Of a stretch of 64,000 nucleotides of DNA, positions 30,390 through 44,219 are shown piece after piece. A program made the position numbers and the translations under genes. This DNA is from Octopus vulgaris (taxonomy: Eukaryota), in the NCBI GenBank assembly GCA_951406725.2, contig OX597817.1:121768001-121832000 (forward strand), in the 5' to 3' direction. The notes beneath the pieces were generated by a model that searched no databases, had not been told where the DNA came from, and was given only the letters and a program-made list of their open reading frames with translations. The stretch's first letter is position 1. Each line of letters starts with the position of its first letter.

Positions 30390-30681
30390 GTTCTTTAGAC
30401 TGCCTTTAACCGAGTCTACTCTTTTTGTGAGCACTCAGATCAGGTTCCCTTTCTCACTCCATTTCACTAGTTTCGAAGGCATTATAATAGCTATGGACAA
30501 TACCATCCCCCATTGACTAAAGCATAAAAAGAAAACCTTGAGATTTTTCTTGATGGATGCTTGGAACTCTTTGGATGACTCTAATTTTGGTAAAATTTGT
30601 ACCTTCGACGATATTATTATTGCATTGACCACATTTGAGGACCTGTTTCTATATATTGGGTATCCAAGCAACGATGAATAT
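30390..30681 (-). pseudogene. Piezo-like relic: pre-beam/beam
   Basis: VFFLCFSQWGMVLS...KWSEKGNLI vs FFFLLLQRRVFLS...LASRGFAL. Confidence 0.4.
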
Positions 30682-31558
30682 CTTTACAAGTTTAAAATTT
30701 ATTAGTTTTAGATTAAAACCATAAACAGAAAATGCAATGAAAGGCAAACGATTAGATGTAATAATACGTCTCCAAACCATTATATAAACAAATGCAAGAC
30801 TTTAGTGTTTTCTCATAAAATATAATAGTAATTTTGTTTAAACCAACGCAATATTTCCATCGCTAAATTAAAGACTAATAAATATTATTCCCATAACTCA
30901 GGGTAAGTTCTGAACACTGAATACACAGCTAAAATATTCAAATTACTATATTAACTTATTTAAAATTCCAACTCATACTACTTCTTATAAACGCCCGTGG
31001 CGTTTTGCATGCATTAACATTCGAAATCAACTGTCAATGAGTAATTTCGGTTGCTGATCAAGCAACTTATCGACAAAATAAAGCTGTCATATAGTTCTGT
31101 TAATTTCGTGACCAGGTAAAGTTATTAAGAATGCAAAGAGGAAACTGATAATATTATCACGTTAGATTTTATAACATGGAATATATCTGCCGTGACGAGA
31201 AAATTCTAAAATTTCATGCAGACTTTCGTTGGTTTATCTCTTGCATGTAACATTAAAATAATCTTGTCTACTTCGTACCTGAACATATTAAGTTTTCTGA
31301 TATTTTATTGCACTGATTTGGATGAACATTAGTTTCTAAGGAATATTCATCAAGCAATATGACAATATGACAGAAACATGGCTTCTGTACGTCCAATAAT
31401 AATTTTTTTTTTGTGATTTATACCTTTAATATATATTGAAGTATTCAAGCTAGATCCTTATCAATATATATATATAGGTCTCGGGTTCAGTCGGGGTTAA
31501 CCACAGTAAATAAGGTACTCAATACATAGCAGAGTAAAGTAATTTATTTTATAGAAGG

Positions 31559-31609
31559 AGCTTCTACAGGACTAGAACTGTTTCATTCAGATGAAATCTT
31601 CAGGAAGCT
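31559..31609 (-). ncRNA. Type I hammerhead ribozyme, near intact
   Basis: Minus strand reads AGCUUC-CUGAAGA-U-UUCA(uc)UGAA-U-GAAA-CAG(uucuaguc)CUG-UA|GAAGCU. 6-bp stem I, 4-bp stem III, GUA triplet; U-U at the base of stem II. Confidence 0.82.
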
Positions 31610-32379
31610 GGCTGTCAAAATAAGTTCTGGTATTTATGCATTTAGGCAGATTTAATGGAGTGGTGGTGGGGGACGTTTTTTGGGTAGGTTGGTATTTAGG
31701 AGATGGGTAGGTTGGTATTTAGGAGATAAACAGGGCACAAGCTATTGTTCTTAGGGGAGTGGCCAAAAGGCCAGAGTGTTTTTTTGAAAAGAGAAGAATC
31801 AGTGAGAAAATAAATAAATGAATAAATAGAATAAATGAATAAATGAATAGAAACCCCAAGATTAGTATTTCAATAGATATACGGGATGGGATTTTAGGTA
31901 AATTAGAAGACAATTGCTTTTTGGTGGTCAAGAAGAGGTAGGCAGTTTGTTATTGTTAGGTGGAGGGAATAAATAGATAAATATACATGAAAAAACATAA
32001 AAAAATATAAAATAAATATACATACAAACACACATACATACACATGCAAGTAAACGAATAAAAGAAAATGAATATACATGTACACTTATTACATGCTGTG
32101 AATATATCAACGCAGCTCAGAATCTACGCCACACTCCTCCTTCCATGCTCCTTACACACATATCCTCTTGCATATGCATAAAGCACCCCTTACCACTCGG
32201 AACCTTAACGATTTTTCTGGCTTTCTTTCTATCTCTTCCTTGCTTTCCGCCACTCTTTTTTCTTTCTCTTTTGTCAGGAAGGCTTTTAATATCCAAAACA
32301 TCAAAAGCTCTTTTCCTAATTCTGTTCACGTGTGCAGCTAATAACACGTCTGTGAAACTTGTCTCCTTGTTGTGTTCTT

Positions 32380-32414
<35 letters not shown>

Positions 32415-32510
32415 TTACCTGTCTATTACATACAGACGCACACTCACGCACATACATGCACGCACACACACGCACACACACAGACACACATATAAATATA
32501 TATGTGTATG

Positions 32511-32625
32511 TCAGGTGGATCAGTCGTCCACTGTGTAACACCTTGGGTAAATTACTTCTATTAGCCTCGGGTCGACTAAAGACCTGAGACTGGATTTGGT
32601 AAACGGCAATAGAAAGGAGAATGCC

Positions 32626-32656
<31 letters not shown>

Positions 32657-32952
32657 CGTGCGTGTATATGTGTGTGTGTGTGTTTGTTTGTGTGTGCGTG
32701 CGTGTATATGTGTGTGTGCGCGTGTGTGAGAGTATGCCTGCGTGTGTGTCTTTCTGCATGTTTTCCCCCCACCGGCACGTGATAACCGGTCTTGATGTGT
32801 TTATGTCCCATAACTTAGCTGTTCGCTAAGGTTTTCCGACGTAATAAGTATCAGGTTTAAAAAAAAATACTGGGGTCGTTAATTCTTCGAGCAAAAGTTA
32901 ATTATGGCGGTGCCACAGCATGGCTGTAGTCTGATAACCAAAAGCACTAAGA
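32511..32952 (+). mobile_element. SINE family 1, diverged copy
   Basis: CACCTTGGG...TAGCCTCGGGTCGAC...TGGATTTGGTAAACGG...(TG)n...AACTTAGC.GTTCG...GGCGGTGC.ACAGCATGG. Confidence 0.75.
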
Positions 32953-33069
32953 TCATACACACACACACACATATGTGTGTGTGTATGTATGTATGTATGT
33001 ATATATAATTATATATATATATATATATACACACACATATATTTGTGTATGTGTGTGTGTGTGCGTGTG

Positions 33070-33959
33070 TATTATGTCAACATTCGTTTTTTTCAATTGC
33101 ATGAACTAAAAGTCGGAGGTGGACGGGATAAACTACCTGTATCAACTTACTACAAAAACAGGTAGTAATTTTACATTGTTTTATTCTTAAATCAATTTTG
33201 GAAGAGTGTAGTTCGATTTTATGGAAGTGACAAAGGAGCATATGCGGCATATTTTTTTTCATGAGTTCAATAAAGGTAATAATGCAACGGAAAGTGCGAG
33301 GAATAGTAATGCAGTATATGGAGATCGGACAATAAGCGTAAGCCAATGTCAAAGATGGTTCCAGAAATTCTGAGCCTGAAACTACAGCTTAGAAGACGTG
33401 CCTCGTCCTGGAAGATCTTTAGAGCGCGACAAGGATGTCCTGCAAACAAGATCTTATCGTAACTGTTGAGGAAGTAGCAGAGAAGTTTGGATTTGGTCAT
33501 TCAACCATTCATTGACATCTGCGATATAAGAATAGCGGCCATCTTCGGTTTTAAGACGACAGGTGTTCTTCCATTAGGATAATGTTCGGCTGCATTCAGC
33601 GAGGATGACATTACAAAGGATGGAGCAGTTTGAATGAGCAAGGATGTACCATACTCCATATTCGCCGGATATTGACTCATCTGATAGTCATTAATTCCGC
33701 AGTCTTCAAAATCATTTGGACAAGAAAATTATAAATTTTGTAGATGCGGTCAGAACAATACTGGAGGAGTATTTTTTGTCACGGACAAGCGAACTTTGGA
33801 AGAGAGGCCTTGCAAGTCTACCAGATAGATGGGAGAGCATTGTAGAAAATGAAGGAGAGTACATTTTAGATTAAAAAAGAACTGTTTTTATCTTAATTTA
33901 TCTTAATTTTGAAAAATAAAAGAAGTATAAAAAAGCATTACTTATGGGATGACCCAATA
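33070..33959 (+). mobile_element. Internally deleted mariner element
   Basis: MEVTKEHMRHIF...CQRWFQKF...LEDVPRPGRS; H*DNVRLH...PYSPDI; RGLASLPDRWESIVENEGEYI. 3' TIR CATTACTTATGGGATGACCCAA|TA. Confidence 0.88.
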
Positions 33960-34244
33960 ATTGTCCTACTGTCTCCAGCAATAGGTCAGTGATCGCAGTA
34001 AATTGTCTGATACATTAGCACGTAATTGGAAATGAAACCTGTCAGAACGAATACGACTGTGTTTTCTTCGGCCCATCTCGATATTTTTGAAGTTTTATGA
34101 CGGTATATATGTAATTGTATGTGCGTATGAGTCCGTGTTTCATGTGTGTGTCTGTGCGCGCGCGCGTATATATATGTATGTGTGTGGGGTTACTATTTTA
34201 ATATGCATGGAAATAAGAAACTACCTTCTTCGCTAATGTCATAT

Positions 34245-34460
34245 TTATCGATATCGACCAAGTGAAAAGTGGCTGATACCCTGAGAACAAAGACAAAATA
34301 TTACTAGAGGACAAAGAACATAAAGGTAGAGGATAATAAGCTGGAAATTTATTATCCATGGCATAGGGTCAACATTGTGAGTGACCGTTTCAAAAGTATT
34401 CTCTACTATATTATTCACATAAATGTAAATGACCTTTTTCTCCGTAACGACTTGTTCCAT
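34245..34460 (-). pseudogene. Piezo-like relic: best-conserved TM segment
   Basis: DPMPW...LYLYVLCPLVIFCLCSQGISHFSLG vs PIEZO1 NPVPN...FRYLFWLVLVVVFVTGATRISIFGLG. Confidence 0.7.
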
Positions 34461-35380
34461 TGATATTCAATGACGGAGAGCTAAATAGACTCTCATTATA
34501 CACTGTACTGTAACCTACACCAACAATCTTTCAGGAATTTTAACCAGTATCTTTTCTATTTGCACAGGTAGTGTGCATTACGGTTAGGAGAGTTCAAGTT
34601 TAAAATTTGCTTTGTTCATAATATAAAATTGATAAATTAATTGAAGAAGGTATTTTTCGGTATGCAAGTAGAATATGTTTGTCCAGATGCATTAACTCAC
34701 CTGTTTAAACGCAAGGAGTTATTATTCTCATTACTTTTCTTCTATCAATCATATTCTGATATATTGTCACCGGATGTAACTTCAAATTGAAATTACATAG
34801 TAACATCGAACTCGAATATATTTCACATGTGATTGATGTTTTATCAGCGAGTATAATATGCAATATATTCGCTAGTTATTATAGAACTATTACAGCGTAA
34901 GTATGTCATTTTAGGTTAGGTGGTAAAATGACGCTACACGAACTTTATAATAATCTCCTTATATTGATCCCTGTGTTGACACCGGTGAGATATGCCGATT
35001 TATCAGACTATTTGTAGATTTTCGTTACGGTAGTTTAATCAAACGCTTTACGACTTTTGATGTCGATTAATTTGCTATGTTTTTCTTTTTGATAGAAAGT
35101 AAACTGAAAATGGGAGAAAGAGCACTGATAGATTGAAGTATAAGGAAGGAAATCATATTTATCAATTAACCGAGTATATGAAAACGATTTACACGTTAGA
35201 ATTTACGGTATTGAGGCAAATGTTCATAACGCCGGTAAATATGATTATTTCTTTTAGCATAAGACGTTGATTAAATGGCTCCGTACTTACTGGACGGAAA
35301 GATTATAATTCGTGCTTTTGAAATAATTACTTTCATTATAATTAATTTCTTATTTTCTGTTACACATAAGCAGAATATAT

Positions 35381-35440
<60 letters not shown>

Positions 35441-35585
35441 TGTATTTATATATTTGTGTACGTATATGTGTATATATGTATATATATGTGTATATATATA
35501 TATATATGTATTCATATATATGTATATATATGTATATTTATATGTATATATATCTATATATGTATACTATATGTGTATACATATA

Positions 35586-35617
<32 letters not shown>

Positions 35618-37781
35618 GTATAAGTATATATATATATATACGGACACACGTACACATGTATGTGTAGGCATTTATATAGATGTGTTATATACGTATGGGT
35701 GTATGTGCATGTATCTGGTATGTTGTAAGTCTGAATCCGGTCGCCATCATATACACATAACGTATGAGTTAAGACACTTCTAGTGATTCGTGAATATACT
35801 TAGTACGAGTATACAGTGGCGTGTACGTGTGTATAAGCATATGTGTAGGCGTAGTATGTTATTATAACGTGTGCGCATGTATTTTTAGAAAACCAAAATG
35901 TGAAATTTGTTTCTATTACTTTTTATGAATGTGTTTAAACACGATTTGTTCGTGATTCATGCTCTTAAGAATATCACGATATAAGAATGTACCTGGTTGT
36001 TGTTACTGTTTACAATACTTTTCTAATTACCGATTGTGCAAGGTCGAACTAACGTAGTTATTTAGCACTTAAATGTACACAGGTTATTTTAAATAATGGT
36101 ACCCTTTTTCGTATCCATATAACTGCCAAAGGGATTTTCGAGGTATATTTGGAGAACTGGTTTCAAGTATTGACTCAATTAATAATTCTACCTGGCGGTT
36201 CTCTTAATATTTCTGTGATCAGCGAAAACTTATTCCAACTTCCCATTGTGCCATGGTTTATATAGTGACAATAAAGCACTGTTATTTATGATTTTAATTG
36301 TGCTCTTCTAAACACTACTGCTTTGCATTTATCCAAAGAATTTACCGAGTTTTCGTAATCCGATAAGCAATCTTACTCTTGAAACATTAACACAATTTGC
36401 AAAATAATGTATTGGCATTAATAAAAAATTACCATGTCTTCCTTCCTTATGTACTTGTGGCAAAACAATTGTATAGTTGACATGTGATTATGCGAATTCA
36501 ATGCAATGACGAAAATGGCTTCTATTATGCTAACTCTCTTCATAAGAAATTCGTATAAAATGATGTAGATTTCATTTACAATCGATTATTGATTTCAAAT
36601 GTTATTTAGTTTAAATGTCATATCGTGGGTGTCCACTTTCGGTTTTTCTATAAAAATTGTTCCATTCCTCTATTTAAGCTCAATTCAATCGATACTAACT
36701 TTAATATTATAGAAGCCACCTTTAATGTTGTATTTTGTTAGCCAAGTTTAATGTCATTTTCATTATCAAATTGTCATTTAACATAGTTTGTTACATTAAT
36801 CATCTGCATAATGCTTTAGCTGCTGTTGTTTATTCGAGGTCAGTTTTGATGGAGCCGATTTATGATAAAAGTCGTTCTGTCTCAGTTGTGACCAGCCTGT
36901 CTTTATTTAAAATTTGTGTATTTAGATTTACTTGAAGCGTCTTTGAGTTTTCTAAGATGGTAAATGAGATTAGGAAGATTGCTATTTTCAGCATATCCGG
37001 AAACTTTATATCAGGAGATTCTTCATTGACTTCATTATTTTTTTTAGAAATAAAATGAACAAGTCTGCTATAGATGTGTGAACTTTAGTAACTAGTCTCA
37101 TGAAGTTGTACGAATTTATATTGATACATTGCCGGATAAATAAAGAACATTAAAAAGAATAAGTTCTAAATAAAGAACACTGAATAAATTTGAACGTCAA
37201 AACAGTTGAAACTTAGTCATCATGATTTAACAAACATTTTACATATTCTCACTTAAAAAAACAAATGATTGACGATGTATAATTTCATTGCGAAAAAAAC
37301 AAAAATCCTAGCTGACTATAAAATATTTAGGTACGTGTTGAGTTTGATGAAATTGCATTAAACATGAAGCGATGAAAGAATTTGAACTCCACTGCATGTG
37401 TGTTAAGCAAATAACTCTTTAATGAATTATCTTGGTAATTCTTTTATAACTCAGATGAAAATACTAGTTAGAACTTGTCAATATGCAAAGGCAAATATGT
37501 TATGTTTTTCAGTCAGACTGAAAATATTATCATTTCGTTTGAAATGGCTATTTAAACTGACAGTAGATGACAATTTTGTAGTAGACATGTTGTAGTCAAT
37601 AGAATTAGCAAAGTACAAAGTGGTTATTATTTACCAAATCCGGACTGGTGAAATGTAAAAGCAAATCTAGTGAAATGTAAATTCAGAATACACAGTGACA
37701 TAAATAAATACTGCGAAATATACTACTCGTTCAACCATTCTTTGCTTTGATCTGTTTCTTCAACCAAGGCTACATATTTAC

Positions 37782-37930
37782 TAAATTTATTCCAGCGTTG
37801 TGGTGGACACGAGGTTGATACGTCTTTAATTTTCCTCGCATTAAGATCGAAACCAGAACAACCATGTGGTGAAGTATTCTACTTATAAACTTCATAGTGA
37901 CGTAAGAGTTTTATAAGAAAATAGAAGAAT
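37782..37930 (-). pseudogene. Piezo-like relic exon
   Basis: CAG| acceptor and |GTAAAT donor. MKFISRILHHMVVLVSILMRG vs MNFLVTLHGCWLVAILTRR. Confidence 0.65.
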
Positions 37931-38022
37931 CTGATTACAATTTTGTGTGCATAACTTTCACAAAAGGATTACTGACAGGATTGAGAAAGAAAACATTCAA
38001 CTTGATACTGTAACACTATTAC

Positions 38023-38263
38023 GATCTCAGTTTGTTGACATATTACATAATTAAACTATAAGTATTATACGTGTGATGTCAAAGCATGCAGTGGAGAAGT
38101 GTTTACAAGTGTTTTCAATGCAGTGACATATTACAAATTGAAAACGAATTTTTCCACCAAAGTAGTCCCAGATATAATCCCGATGGCGAAGTGATTCCCA
38201 GCAATTTCAAATACAATTCGAGTTGAAGCCATTCAGCCACTTCATCTATTGGTATAATTACAA
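38023..38263 (-). pseudogene. Piezo-like relic exon
   Basis: CCTGCAG| acceptor. IDEVAEWLQL vs VDPANWFGV; later HA....*YL*FNY vs (H)AD....LKYFIN. Confidence 0.45.
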
Positions 38264-38479
38264 CTGCAGGTGATATCAATAAGATGTCAATGCTACTAGA
38301 TTTCGATTTCACGTTGATATTTTATATCTTACAGCAGAGAAGTTGTCTGAAAAGGCACAAATTATCTCCCTATAAATACAATGGCAACACAAATATACTA
38401 TTAGTATAACCAGAAGGATCGCCGTCGTTAAAGTAATATTGAAGTAATTTACAAGACGATTCCACTAAGAAACCTCTTC

Positions 38480-38670
38480 TTATTCGTTCAGCCACCAGGA
38501 AATAGCAAGCAAATATTGAAGTAAATAAAATGTACTGTCACGGAAAAAAGACGCGAATTATATAGTATGCCAAGATATGCAATGCCCTAAAGAATATCGG
38601 ACTAGTTGTAACTAGGATAGATTTGATCATAGAGGTGCTCATGCACGATTGCCCGAGAATCAGGTAATAT
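38480..38670 (+). repeat. Ancient dispersed repeat (other diverged copies ~14080-14240, 21010-21240, 27960-28090, 28970-29130, 36810-37010, 59290-59660, 62950-63030)
   Basis: Recurrent motif ...CTAGAAATAGCAGC.AAAT...GCTGGAATG...TTGATCATAG on either strand. Confidence 0.55.
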
Positions 38671-39660
38671 GTATATATAAGATACAGAACACCTGATTCT
38701 CTTTAGATTTACGGCATCTCATTACATATGAACATTCTTTGATAATTAGACCACCAATTTACCTAATCTAACCTATATTTTGAATGGATTGTTAACAAAA
38801 TATATAATCTAATATACATCAGCTCTCACACTATCAGACATGATCAAATATTTATCTCATCATAGTTTAAAAGAACTAATAAATCTACTTCGATGGTCTG
38901 ATTACTTAAGCATTTGGAAAACTAAATATTTTTATTATTTATGAAAATACAACTCTGTTTATAGTAGTTTAATCTGTTTTATTATTTTTTATTAATAAAA
39001 CTAAATTTTGATCCAAAGTAGACTATCAATATTATTGATGTACGGCAATCAATAATTATTGAGTTGCACACAAATACGTAATTGTAAAAATAATATTTTC
39101 ATAATCAAAAACGCTGTTGTTGAATCAGCATATGTGTGGTTTTGTTTTCAACGTAATCCTTTCTGAATTCAGGGACCTTATAAACATAAGGAGCCTAGGG
39201 ATTATGGATATGATTCTACGCGTCATTGTAAGTAAGCTAGCTGCTGAAGGAAATATTTCTTGGCACATCGCAAACGTTATTATATTTGCGACTATTTATT
39301 TGCCAATAAAAGTAAGTGAATATTACGCCAAGTTGGCAGGCGTCTTATTTCTACTTGACTCCGTTTATCAGCTTGGTAAAGCTGAAAGAAACTAAATATA
39401 TAGTGAAAGATATAACCTTCACACTATGATCAAATCGGATTGCTCGATCAATGGCAAATGCATTACAGAAGAAATAAGCACATCTTGCAGTCTGAAGTCC
39501 TCATGTAACATTAACATAAGTCTTTAATAATATAATATAAAACTACTACACATTCAATATTTGAGAGATTTATCAGTTTAAAATCATAATTTTACTTTCA
39601 ATAAAAAACATAACTGGTGTAGTTTTTATTGAAATTTGCATGCATATATATATATATATG

Positions 39661-39726
<66 letters not shown>

Positions 39727-39730
39727 TATA

Positions 39731-39946
39731 CGAAGAGGAGTTGAAAAGTTCCTGGCTTTCGGTAAATGAAAATAGAGGAGGATCAGTTCATTACGATTTT
39801 ATTCAACATATTCCCCTCTCAGATTCCCACACTTTTTGCAGCTGTCCTCCGGTTTGTCTAATCCCTGTAAAAGAACTCAGAATGTTGGGACTCCAGCCAG
39901 GCTTTTTGCGATATCCTTAAAGCTAGAAACTTTTCTGTATCCCTCG
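39731..39946. mobile_element. Mariner-type MITE (216 bp)
   Basis: TA|CGAAGAGGAGTTGAAAAGTTCCTGGCTTT ... AAAGCTAGAAACTTTTCTGTATCCCTCG|TA. Confidence 0.8.
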
Positions 39947-40869
39947 TATATATATTGAGAGTGAGAATGAGAGAGAGAGAGAGAGAGAGAAAGAGTGAGA
40001 GGGGGAAGCATATATAGCGAGTAGGAAGGAGAACGATGAAGGAAAAAAAGTAAAAAAAATCCCTCTTACTACAGTGAGTAATAAGAGTTGATAGTTTTAT
40101 GTTTCCAAATTTTATTGGAACTATTTGTTGAAACTGAAAGTAATTATTTTTACTAATGTGATCATTTTAATGAATAGAAATTTTCTGTTACTTAATTAAT
40201 CATTATGTCTTATTTTAGTTTATTTAGAAAAGTTTTTTGCAAATACATAATTTTCCGATGAGTAAAAGTACTTCCATCTTATAATTTGGGGTTCAACAAA
40301 CCAAGGACTTGCTTTTTACGGTTTTTGCTATTAACTAAAACATTTCCGGTAAAGTTATTAGAGAACTTAGTATCGATAAACCAAATCCCTCACTATACTT
40401 CCATACTTATACACTTATACACATGGATATGTTCCACTAAAAAAAACATCTCTTAAGCCCTTTGTAGATACTAATATACACCCTTTCACATCCTTTCCTC
40501 TGTTCTTTAATCTCCTTCATACAACATTCTCAGCTGTTTTTTTATTTCTCCCGAACTATTTCTCTTTCCCACTCTTATGTTTCTCTTTTTCTTCTGATAA
40601 AAGGATAATGTCAGAAATAAAGCGTTAAGCTAAAACCTTATTTGTAAAACCTTCTCCATGCTGCGCCGTCGCTTTTTCATTTTATTTCTATTTATACTAC
40701 ACACACACATGCGTACATACGTGCATAATTCAGCTATTTTTGTCACGTTCTTTTCCTGTTACTATCATTTTATATTTCGTAGACATATGAGTTAAAAACT
40801 GATTGTACAAGCAACATATATATACATTCTCAAAACAGTGTAGACTTCTAAATAAACTCTTTAAACTAC

Positions 40870-40961
40870 CGAGATTCCAAGCTGCAGGCATAAAGTTATA
40901 TTTTTGAACACCAAGGAATTAACAATGAAGAATTTTGAGACAAGAAACATAATTACAATTC
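40870..40961 (-). pseudogene. Piezo-like relic exon (open)
   Basis: Strong polypyrimidine acceptor TTTCCTCTTTCTTCCAAACAG|. GIVIMFLVSKFFIV...LC vs WTCVIIVCKMLYQL...NC. Confidence 0.45.
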
Positions 40962-42150
40962 CTGTTTGGAAGAAAGAGGAAATTAAAAGTATGAGAGAAA
41001 AAGTAGTGAAGATAAACAATTGTTTATAAATGTGAGTGAGTGAAGGCATATAGTTTAGAGATTGAGATTGAATAATTGTTGAGTCAATAACAGTTGAGAA
41101 ATAACTGCACTTACGAAATAGTTGAAACTGTTTAGTACACATGAATAATTTCCAAATACAATACATGTAAAGTAACTGTTCTCTTTTTTAACATTACTTG
41201 GAATCAGAATCTAAATGTTGATAAATTCTCATTACTGTTTACTATTGCCAATTTTAACTTTTGTTTTCTGTCTGTTAACACTGATATTGAACTACATGTG
41301 ATTATGTGTTAGATACTAGATTTATTGGAATCATTCCTACGAGCAGGAAACCCGACAAACAGCTTGCAGCTAACTGTTGTAAGCTGATAGACTCAGGAAA
41401 AGTGATCTAAAAACGTATGTGGATAGAGTAAAGCTAAGAAAGAAACAACTGCAAAACTGAGACAGTGAGAGAGTGAGGTGGGGTGAACATTACAGAGAGG
41501 CAGCAATTAGAATGTAGCATACATACTGAGAGGAGCACAGTGGTGAGGAGATTATATATGTATAGATAAAAAAAGTTAAAAGTTAAAGCATGTAAAGAAG
41601 CAAAGCAACAAAAGAGAGAATATTTCGGTGATTCAGTGGAGCATTGTATTTTGTGCAAAGAAAATTATATTCAAGTAATATTTTCTAAAGCAATTATTAA
41701 ATAGATCCAGACGTTTCGAGTCACCATATTAATTCCGATTTTTGGATATAAATTTTATTTGGTGTTACTGATAATTTAAAAACGAATGTTGCACTAATGC
41801 ACACTCAATCACACGCGTGCGTAAACACACACACTACACACACACAAATGCACATTCACGAGCACCCATATACATGTACACATAAGCATATATAATGTTA
41901 TTTTAGACATAAACACGTTGCATAGTACATATTCTCTGTAAAATATATTATGATATAAAATTTGATTAATATGTAGAAATTTCTAGTTTGAACAGAATAA
42001 GTATACAGCTAGAGAATTAAACATATATAACGAACGTTTGTGAATGGGGAATTTATGCGAGGGTGAGAGTATTTTCAAAGGAAGACGGTGTAAAGCAATT
42101 CATTGTAATATGTATTAATGTTGCTTCCAGAGAACTCATTAACTCGAGTC

Positions 42151-42365
42151 ATTGGTTTCAAATTTTGCCACAAGACCAATAATTTCGAGAAATGGGCAAG
42201 TCGATTACAGTGACCCCAGTGCTTGACAGATACTTATTTTGTTGACACCGAAAGGATGAAAGCAAAGTCGACTTCAGTGGAATTTGAACTCCGAATGTAA
42301 AGAGGGACGAAATTCTTCTAAGCATTTTGCCCAGTATGTTAACGATTTTGCCAGCGCACCACCTT
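42151..42365 (-). mobile_element. SINE family 2, diverged
   Basis: GACCCCAGTGCT...CCGAAAGGATGAAAGCAAAGTCGAC...GGAATTTGAACTC...GCCAGCGCACCACCTT. Confidence 0.85.
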
Positions 42366-43709
42366 TTTAACTATAATCATTAACATCCCGTTGGCCTAGC
42401 TTAAGTTAAGTAACACAGTTTGCCCTTTTTACATATGTTTTGCATGTCATCCTAGGAGTACTAATGTTTTAATTTACGTCACAAAGTTTTAAATTTAGAT
42501 ATTACTATATTTATTTGCGTAGGTGAAACTGTTTCTCACTTCGTCATCAGCCTAAAGATCAACCGTGTTCCGAATTTTAGATCTCTTTAGATTATAATCA
42601 TCTACATGTATGTGACTTACATTAAATCTGAATCAGTATTTAGGTGATAGTGTTCTTGAAACGCAGTGGAAAATTATATTTTCCAACTGAAATTGAATGC
42701 ATTTTGTCAGGGGATTCTTTATAATTAAAATTTAGAATGAATTATATCAAAAGTATATTATGAGAATTACATTTAGAGTATTATAAATAAATTTTATCTC
42801 ATCGTTAGGGACAATCATTAGCTTAGTTCAGTGGATGATTGAACCTTTCATCGAAACACATGTGATATCAATTCAATGAACTTCCGGATAGTTAATATCT
42901 ACTCCATATTTTTCACAAATTTGTGTACGCACCGAGGCAACGGTAGAATAAAAGTGCTCGAAGTGCTGCTAGGGAAATCAAACGAACTTTATAGCACTGC
43001 ATACTTCCAAGCATTACGGCTATGTGCATGTCCATTTATTCAGAAAAGAGGATATTTCTCATTGAATATTACTGCTACTAATTTTATTGATTTCTGAATG
43101 ATCAAAGATAACGAAAGATAATTTACCGTATTGACACAAGCAACACATTTTAGTTTTGGCGGAGGTTTATAGTTAGGAAAATTCTGTCGGTTACAAGCTT
43201 TCTGCTTACTTTATTATTTCCGGGAAAATGAAAGGCAACGCTGATCCCTGCAGGACTGCAACTAAGTTCGTATACAATAAACGCAATGGTTGTTCTAAGG
43301 TTTCTCTCATAAAAGTATGTTGCAAAATTTGAATATCAATAGCAGGAAACCCTCACAGAATATTTGGAATAATGTAATGAAACACATGTAAAACAGACGC
43401 CCATCCCACGCAAGTGCGTGTGCATTAATTTTTCTGTGTGTTTATGTGCATGTGTAATACACTTTGTTACACACATAAGTATATACACAGTCTATAAACT
43501 GTTAATGCACCAGTGATATGAAACTGCAACGTTCTTTTATCACAACATAAAAATTCTCTGTATACACATAAACATATATACGCACGTAAGTACATACGTA
43601 CGTAAGTACATACGTACGTACGCGCAATAATACATACATACATCAATACATACATACATACATACATACATACATACATACATACATACATACATACATA
43701 CATACATAC

Positions 43710-44156
43710 AAAGATGTCATCAAGTACTACATCCCTATGAGACACAACGTTGTCGCAAAAACAATATACAACCCCATCCGGAAAAAGTCTGTCCTGAAAC
43801 AAATGCAGAGAATCTGCCTATTACTCATTTCACACACACACATCAATATAAGAAATACTGATAGAACATTCCCATAAAGACATCTGTCAAATGTAATCAT
43901 TACTCGCTGGATATTGTTGTACACATACAGATATAAGTAAGTGCTACATAATAGAAGCTCAGTTTTTGATGATCTCCCATATGAACCCAAATATAGGACG
44001 AACATATCTCCAAAACGACCTCGAACAAAATAGTTTGCATGCCAATGCCACAAATGGGTTATTCATGAGTCCAATTCTCATGGACGTGAAGAGGATGACA
44101 AAACATAATGAAATGCAACCTCACTTGCACTCATGACTTTTACATCGCGTCAAATC
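43710..44156 (-). pseudogene. Piezo-like relic: two exons (44156-43904, 43793-43710) separated by a 110-nt intron
   Basis: VILFTSMRIGLMNNPFVAL vs LLACILQLHYFHRPFMQL. FIWEIIKN(fs)LSFYYVALTYICMCTTISS|ETDFF vs FLRRLLELHVFKLVALYTVWVALKE|VS. Intron GTAATG...TTGTTTCAG. Confidence 0.55.
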
Positions 44157-44219
44157 TTGAAGGCAGTAATTTTTGTAATAAAATAAAAACAGGTGATACC
44201 TACGAAATATCTGATGTAC

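Noticed and set aside
29264-30450. Plus-strand 127-aa ORF and neighbours as a C-type-lectin/WSC-like gene
   Set aside because: Only scattered W/C resemblances were found and several needed frameshifts. The interval falls where the poorly conserved post-beam part of the minus-strand Piezo relic is expected, so the ORF is more likely an antisense shadow. Not fully excluded.
41705-41725. GACUC-GAAA-CG-UC (minus strand) hammerhead half
   Set aside because: No upstream CUGANGA or stem I was found.
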